Source: Octopus bimaculoides (Eukaryota). Taken from it: a stretch of DNA of 44,759 nucleotides. Location of the stretch: NCBI RefSeq assembly GCF_001194135.2, contig NC_068998.1:41823189-41867947 (forward strand). Direction: 5' to 3'. Positions 37,550 through 44,759 of the stretch are shown in pieces. Positions within the stretch are counted from its first letter, which is position 1. Each line of letters opens with the position of its first letter. The position numbers and the translations under genes are program-made. Under the pieces are notes generated by a model, which did no database searches, was not told the DNA's origin, and saw only the letters and a program-made list of their open reading frames with translations.

Positions 37550-39457
37550 CAGCTAGATACATACATACCTTATATATATGTGTGTGTGTGGTAAATGAAA
37601 GTCAGAAGATGGAACTTTAACTCTGGGCTCACACTTTTTGGGAAAAATACAAACTGGAAAGTGGTACATAAAGTACGGAGGAAACATTTTCATCAATATC
37701 TTTAAAAAAAAAAAAAACTATTTCTAATCGAAAAAATAAAAATGCAATGGAAAACAAATCACGTGACAGGATATGCTCCAATGTCACAATTTTATTGTCA
37801 CGCTATCGTCCGCCAACTCTTCAGCTGATTCGTTTACAAGATTTAATTAGAGCTACACAGATTCTGCATGGCTAATATCCAGATCAAATGGAAGAACAAA
37901 TGGAATAAAGCATTCTCAATAGATTCTCTTCCAAATTCAAATAACGTCTTTTACGGAAGTAAATACCAGTTCTCACGGAAACACAGCGTCTCGTACGGAA
38001 GCAACTGCTGTCCGTTACGGAAAATTGAAAGAAAGACAGTTTAATGAAAAATGTCTCTCTGCATATAACATGTATCTCAGTTGAGTGATAGCCTTGTTTA
38101 GAGAATTGAACGAGCTATGTATCTAATCATGTCTTATATCTTATTGTCTTATATTGTATTGTATTATATCAAGTCGTATCGAATGAAATATGTAAAGCAA
38201 TAGACTAGTAACTGGAGCATGTAAATAGGGCATGTGTGATTGAGTTATTTTGATGGCTCACTCCACTTAAATCTGAATAGTCACAAATACAGCTATTCAT
38301 CCTACACATGTATAAATATATACGACATACACATAACTCTACATACATACATACAGACTTATAGATACATACATACACAAACATATATGCATAGATACAA
38401 ACATACATGCATATATACATACATACATAATACATACATACATACATAAACACATACATACATACATAATACATACATACATAAACACATAAATACNNNN
38501 NNNNNNNNNNNNNNNNNNNNNNNNNNNNNNNNNNNNNNNNNNNNNNNNNNNNNNNNNNNNNNNNNNNNNNNNNNNNNNNNNNNNNNNNNNNNNNNNNNNN
38601 NNNNNNNNNNNNNNNNNNNNNNNNNNNNNNNNNNNNNNNNNNNNNNNNNNNNNNNNNNNNNNNNNNNNNNNNNNNNNNNNNNNNNNNNNNNNNNNNNNNN
38701 NNNNNNNNNNNNNNNNNNNNNNNNNNNNNNNNNNNNNNNNNNNNNNNNNNNNNNNNNNNNNNNNNNNNNNNNNNNNNNNNNNNNNNNNNNNNNNNNNNNN
38801 NNNNNNNNNNNNNNNNNNNNNNNNNNNNNNNNNNNNNNNNNNNNNNNNNNNNNNNNNNNNNNNNNNNNNNNNNNNNNNNNNNNNNNNNNNNNNNNNNNNN
38901 NNNNNNNNNNNNNNNNTATATATATATTGGTGAAAATTGCAGGCGTTATTGTACAATTACGAGAGAACGAAAGTAATACAGAAGATTAAGTAAACGAATA
39001 GATAAAGAAAACAAAATTAAATTAAAAAATAAAATTAATGAATCAAGACACAATTTCAAAACGATTTTAAAAATGAAAACTAAAATAAAGAAATACAAGT
39101 ATCAGTGCAGTGTAATTAACCTTTTTGAGTTTCGCTTCCTTTTCTTTTGTCTACTACAAGGGCTCCTTTCATTCCTTCCACTACCACTCTTGTGGAAGAG
39201 GACAGTGACCTAAGACTGAGCGAGGGCCAACCACATCATATCAACTATTGAATGCGCGAAAGGAAGACGTCACGGATTTGCTAAAAGGATAACTATTCGC
39301 ATTTCGCTTGATGGAGTCTTAGACCTTTCAGCATTCCGATTACTTTGATTAAATGCAACGTAGTCTACTTTGTCTAATATAAAGCTTGTTTATTTACTTT
39401 GCTTTTTATTCAGTTTCTGGTAGTTTCAATAATAATCAAGTGATTTTTTGGTTTGAG

Positions 39458-39527
39458 AGGCGGTGCTCCAGCATGGCCACAGTCAAATGACTGAAACAAG
39501 TAAAAGAGTAAAGAGAGAGTAAAGAGT
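39458..39527 (+). mobile_element. SINE 3' end fragment (family B)
   Basis: aggcggtgctccagcatggccacagtcaaatgactgaaacaagtaaaagagtaaag. Confidence 0.85.
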
Positions 39528-39529
39528 AT

Positions 39530-39910
39530 GTACGACTTTCTTCTTTATTTCCTCTTTTCTTTTTCTCGCTCCCCCTCTCTCACTGACTTGGAACTCTCTG
39601 TCTTTCCATTTTTATTTTTCTTGCTCCCCTTTTCTCACATTTGGCATTCTCTTTCTGTAATCTCTCTACTTTCTTCTTTTATCTCCCCTGTACCTTTCCC
39701 TGCGTTCCCTCCTCTTTCTCTCTAGTTCTTTCCAAAATTCTCCAATCCCTCTGCTTCCTACCTCTCTCTGTTCCCTACCAAATTCTTCAATCCTCTCCTC
39801 TCTACCTCTCTCCGTTCCTCCCACGCGATCCTACTCAGCCACGCATGATCGTTTTTTTCTTGGCCTGACCACCGCTCACACAATACCATCTTTTCCTCTC
39901 TCCTGACTTT
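39530..39910. repeat. Pyrimidine-rich low-complexity tract
   Basis: About 380 nt strongly C/T-biased on the + strand. Confidence 0.8.
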
Positions 39911-40958
39911 CACCTACGTTTGTTGCCGCTTGGCTTTCACTTCACCCTCTAGCTTAACTGAATTTGTCCTTTTAGTCGAAAGACACCTGTTGTTATTCAT
40001 GCTGTTTGTGCTTGTAATCGTGTAACATTTTCTCCGTTTTCTCGTATTTTTGTCCGTGTTGTCGCACATATTCGCTCGCTTTTTTTCGTAAAATTTAATG
40101 CCCTTAGCTTAGATATTTGGGGCCTACCAATTTTGAACAGTCTCAAGTGTAACAGGCCGAAACTGTAATGATGATTGGAAGCCTGACTGATGAATAGAAA
40201 GCCGAGAATGTTCCGTCCTGGTTTCCTGTCCGTCTTTGTATGTCCATCTATCTATATGATTTCATTGTCGTCTGTTATGTTCTTCAGTTTTTATATATAT
40301 ATATATATATATATATNNNNNNNNNNNNNNNNNNNNNNNNNNNNNNNNNNNNNNNNNNNNNNNNNNNNNNNNNNNNNNNNNNNNNNNNNNNNNNNNNNNN
40401 NNNNNNNNNNNNNNNNNNNNNNTGTGTGTGTGTGTGTGTGTGTGTATGCGTGTGCGTGTGCGTGCGTGAATGTCTACATACATATATATATCAATCACAA
40501 CAGAAAAAAAATCGATCACATTTACATTCATTTTAATTTCAAATCGCCCACATTCACACACACGCCCGTACATAAAAACAGAGCCATAAGATACAAATAA
40601 ATAAATAAGAAATAGAAACATAATTTTATTGCCGTTCATAAAACATGGCGACAAAACAACATAGAGATAAGTAACAAGTTAATGTTATTGAATGCTCTTG
40701 CAAACGATAAGCCCGACAGACGGCGTAATAACAGAAGAAATAAAAAAAATCTGATGGAAAGATTACGAAGAATTTTCAGTAAATCCAAGTATATATACTT
40801 GGATATATTTTTTCCACTTTCAACTGTATGTTTCTAATTCTCATTATCTTGGTATCTGTTTGATTTAAACACAGTGAAAAGCAATTGAGGTATATACACA
40901 TATGAATATAGTGCATACATTTATGCTTATACATACAAATATGTGTGTGAGTGTTTGT

Positions 40959-40962
<4 letters not shown>

Positions 40963-41024
<62 letters not shown>
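40963..41024. repeat. (GA)n microsatellite
   Basis: Direct reading. Confidence 0.95.
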
Positions 41025-41027
<3 letters not shown>

Positions 41028-41256
41028 CGAGACAGTGCATGTGCGTGTCTGTATAAGATATATCGGTGTACACACAGATATTTCTATATGATTATATTTC
41101 CTACGTGGTGAACAAACTGAATATACATGTGTGTGTCTGTGTGTATAATAATATATCTGTGTGTGCATATATATTATCTATCTATCTATCTACCTATCTG
41201 TTTCTTCCTCATTCTTTCAAACGATAATTATATGAGTATTTATAAATGCGTATATA

Positions 41257-41291
<35 letters not shown>

Positions 41292-41313
41292 GTGTGCTTG
41301 CGTGTAAAGATGC

Positions 41314-41362
<49 letters not shown>

Positions 41363-42308
41363 NNNNNNNNNNNNNNNNNNNNNNNNNNNNNNNNNNNNNN
41401 NNNNNNNNNNNNNNNNNNNNNNNNNNNNNNNNNNNNNNNNNNNNNNNNNNNNNNNNNNNNNNNNNNNNNNNNNNNNNNNNNNNNNNNNNNNNNNNNNNNN
41501 NNNNNNNNNNNNNNNNNNNNNNNNNNNNNNNNNNNNNNNNNNNNNNNNNNNNNNNNNNNNNNNNNNNNNNNNNNNNNNNNNNNNNNNNNNNNNNNNNNNN
41601 NNNNNNNNNNNNNNNNNNNNNNNNNNNNNNNNNNNNNNNNNNNNNNNNNNNNNNNNNNNNNNNNNNNNNNNNNNNNNNNNNNNNNNNNNNNNNNNNNNNN
41701 NNNNNNNNNNNNNNNNNNNNNNNNNNNNNNNNNNNNNNNNNNNNNNNNNNNNNNNNNNNNNNNNNNNNNNNNNNNNNNNNNNNNNNNNNNNNNNNNNNNN
41801 NNNNNNNNNNNNNNNNNNNNNNNNNNNNNNNNNNNNNNNNNNNNNNNNNNNNNNNNNNNNNNNNNNNNTATATATATATATATGTATGTATACACATGGA
41901 AACATCTAGAGCACGATATACATGTTATAAATTTTTAGGCTTCACTCATAATTTTGGAGACTTCATTATCAAAACTGAAGCATGTTAATGCATATCATTA
42001 TGCTCATTATATCCAGAGAACATCGGTGATTGGCCTGAAATCTTTCGCACTTCGTTCATCACTCGCCAGTGTGCCCTTCTTTCCTTCGGGTCCATTTACA
42101 TGAGTAGAACCTTGCGTAAATTGCCATTCAAATCAAACAGAAGCCAAACATACCTCACTGAGAACAACACGCAAAGGTCCCAAGAGCAACGAATACGCAC
42201 AGACAACTCACAAACCAACACACACACGCACACACAAAATAACACGCACGAGTATACCATATACGTATATATGTATACCATATAAACATAGTTATATATA
42301 TATATATT

Positions 42309-42358
<50 letters not shown>

Positions 42359-42740
42359 CATATATGTTACACACATGTATATACACACATAGATACATAT
42401 ATATATATTAATATGAATATGTGTGTGTACAATTGTGTGTGTCTATGTATATGTGTTTGTATACATGCATTCACACACACATACACACACACTCATCTAT
42501 ATATAGACACATATATACATATATACTTATATAAATTGATTGATAAATACATAGAACGATAAATAAATAAAAAGATTACTTGAGAGTAGTTTATGCAAAT
42601 ATCGTTCATTAATCATTTGATCCAGCAGATAAGCGAGGCTCAGGGCTAGAATTCAAGGAGAATTGGTTGCCAAAAATGTGTACACAATTTGCATCAACTA
42701 ATGAATTACTTTTTCATGATTCTAACCAATAAATACATAC

Positions 42741-42848
<108 letters not shown>

Positions 42849-42989
42849 ATCTATCTATCTGTCTATATATATATATATCTTTCCACCTACCTACTTATAC
42901 AACTATGAGTGAATATGCTCCTTTTTTCTGTCTGTGTCTCTATCCCTCTGACTTTATAACACACACACATATATATATGCCTAACATGA

Positions 42990-43320
42990 GTCCCGGGTTC
43001 AGCTGGCTGCGGCTGACAGTACCCGGTATGGGCTCCTATCCAGGGTTACGGAAAGGAGACAACCTTGAAAGAAATCTGCGGTGGAGCCCCGTGGGCGGTT
43101 TAGTGTTCGACTCGACACTAAACCGTCAACTCCTGCAACCAAGCTGGTGCCAAACGTAATGCTCTGCACTCCTTTGGACTACGTCAGCAAAGTCGAAAGA
43201 GGAATCCTAGTTATTGGGCTACCCAGGATTTTCTCACATCTAGCCCAGGCCTGCGCAAACTGGTGAGGAAACTGGAGAGGACATTTCAGTACTGCTGTAA
43301 AAAGTGGCAGAAAAATGACA
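42990..43320 (+). mobile_element. GC-rich structured segment resembling the 5' UTR of an RTE-clade LINE
   Basis: caactcctgcaaccaagctggtgccaaacgtaatgctc...ttcctttggac-like and gggctacccaggatt motifs resemble RTE 5' UTRs as I recall them; four nested helices are visible; no ORF follows. Confidence 0.55.
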
Positions 43321-43677
43321 TGAAATCTAAAAACCAGACTGGATTATTTTATGTGCAACTCCATTGTCTCCCGAGACAAAAAGATGCCAACAACAACAAT
43401 CTCTGTATGTATGGATGGATGTGTGTGTACTTCGTATATCTGTGTACGTCATAAAAACAACCATTCATTTTCATGAGTCTATATATAGATTTTAATTGAC
43501 GCTTTTCTATGTTTATTCCCTTACGTATTTGAAGCTTCAAGACAATGTCTTCCCCAAGAAAATGGATATGAAAAAAAATTATTATCAATACTGCAATGTA
43601 AAACACACAAAAAATACAACTAAGACAATACACACATATATGCGTACATACATGCATTTATGTATACATACATACAT

Positions 43678-43722
<45 letters not shown>

Positions 43723-44402
43723 AATGACATGATATATATATGTTTTTATGTAAAAAAATAAAGAAATGCTGAAGCAATTTATAGGCATGAATTTTAACTT
43801 ACCTGATTTGTATCCAACCAAGTTGTACGTATTGTTTTGTATATTTNNNNNNNNNNNNNNNNNNNNNNNNNNNNNNNNNNNNNNNNNNNNNNNNNNNNNN
43901 NNNNNNNNNNNNNNNNNNNNNNNNNNNNNNNNNNNNNNNNNNNNNNNNNNNNNNNNNNNNNNNNNNNNNNNNNNNNNNNNNNNNNNNNNNNATATAATAC
44001 GTGCGTTGATCTACTCTGTCGTTTAGTATACAGTTGTATTGGACATAGAGGTGGTGTAGTTGCTGTCACAGTTTAGTGTTAATCTACTGAAAAATAAAAC
44101 GGAAAAGTATATCAATATATAGCTATGTATATATATATATATTCGAAACTCAAATACAGAATGGGAATACAATTTTTTTAAAAATGTGACAAAGTTACAA
44201 ATACACACAAATGTACACACATATATACATACACATGCTGATTGTCTTATATTGTTATATAATAGCCATCTCATATTAAACCTGATTGCTTTGAGTTACA
44301 TTCACCCTTACATTTGCGCGAATGACTCTTTATACCACGCGTCCATCGCCATAGGATTTTATAAACATTAAAAATGATACTGAGATATATGTACCGCATT
44401 AG

Positions 44403-44455
44403 ATTTCTGTGACAAAAGTTCGTACAATATTTTGGCCCGTCTCTCTGTGGCCATA
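44403..44455 (+). CDS. Weak candidate micro-exon (DFCDKSSYNILARLSVAI)
   Basis: AG at 44401-44402 and a consensus donor ATA|gtaagt at 44456; the polypyrimidine tract is poor. Confidence 0.15.
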
Positions 44456-44759
44456 GTAAGTTCCAGTGACAAGCATTGCAAGGTGATGAACTATTTTGAC
44501 CACAAGTTTTCTGTGAGAGTATATCTTTCCCTGGACGAGTTGACTTTTCCACGATTTTGTCAATAATAACAGGAGCCCTCTCTATCATTTGGAAATCTAT
44601 TTAAAGATTACGCTGACCTAAGACTAATGGTAATTAGGGGTGATTCCACGTTGCCGAACAACTCAAGAAGTGCTGAACTGGAACCTGAGAGCTGGATGCA
44701 GGTTAATGCCATACCCACAACATACATATATACACACACACAGGCGGACGTACTTATCT

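Noticed and set aside
40105-40235. Hammerhead-like half motifs (ggcct/aggcc-GAAAC; CTGATGA...GAGAA...GTC)
   Set aside because: In each case one core half and helix I or III cannot be built; too degenerate to count, though it may be a Penelope-like terminal remnant.
44271-44588. Cys-rich 105-aa minus-strand ORF
   Set aside because: The Cys spacing matches no domain I know, a second frame is similarly open and the splice signals are weak; homology search is needed.

Overview
AT-rich eukaryotic draft-assembly DNA with about 19 N-gaps (roughly 5 kb), most next to (TA)n or (CA)n tracts. The microsatellite density and the tRNA-derived SINE families suggest a cephalopod (Octopus-like) intronic or intergenic region; this is inference from remembered repeat families, not a database hit. 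No complete protein-coding gene, true tRNA/rRNA gene or CRISPR array is supportable, and nearly all ORFs in the track come from gaps or simple repeats. Supportable content: (i) four SINE families in many copies, one full-length with a target-site duplication; (ii) a decayed Buster/ZBED5-8-type hAT transposon (15461-~17200); (iii) a Penelope-like GIY-YIG 3' fragment (23478-24010) and a probable second one; (iv) a 249-bp mariner deletion derivative with TIRs and TA TSD (32464-32712); (v) a structured RTE-like LINE 5' UTR relic (~42990-43320); (vi) several weak exon candidates, one of which can also be read as a signal-peptide smORF (34461-34622). The most interesting pattern is a dispersed set of minimal type I hammerhead-ribozyme relics. 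The four clearest have CUGANGA- and GAAAC-like core halves, a 4-nt helix III loop (palindromic in three) and an unusually long AT-rich helix II extension of about 45-50 nt; two weaker copies lie at 27.6-28.1 kb. Two of the four form the arms of a 273-bp fold-back palindrome (24515-24787), and their core mutations are mutually complementing. All copies seen here carry core lesions, so activity is not claimed.
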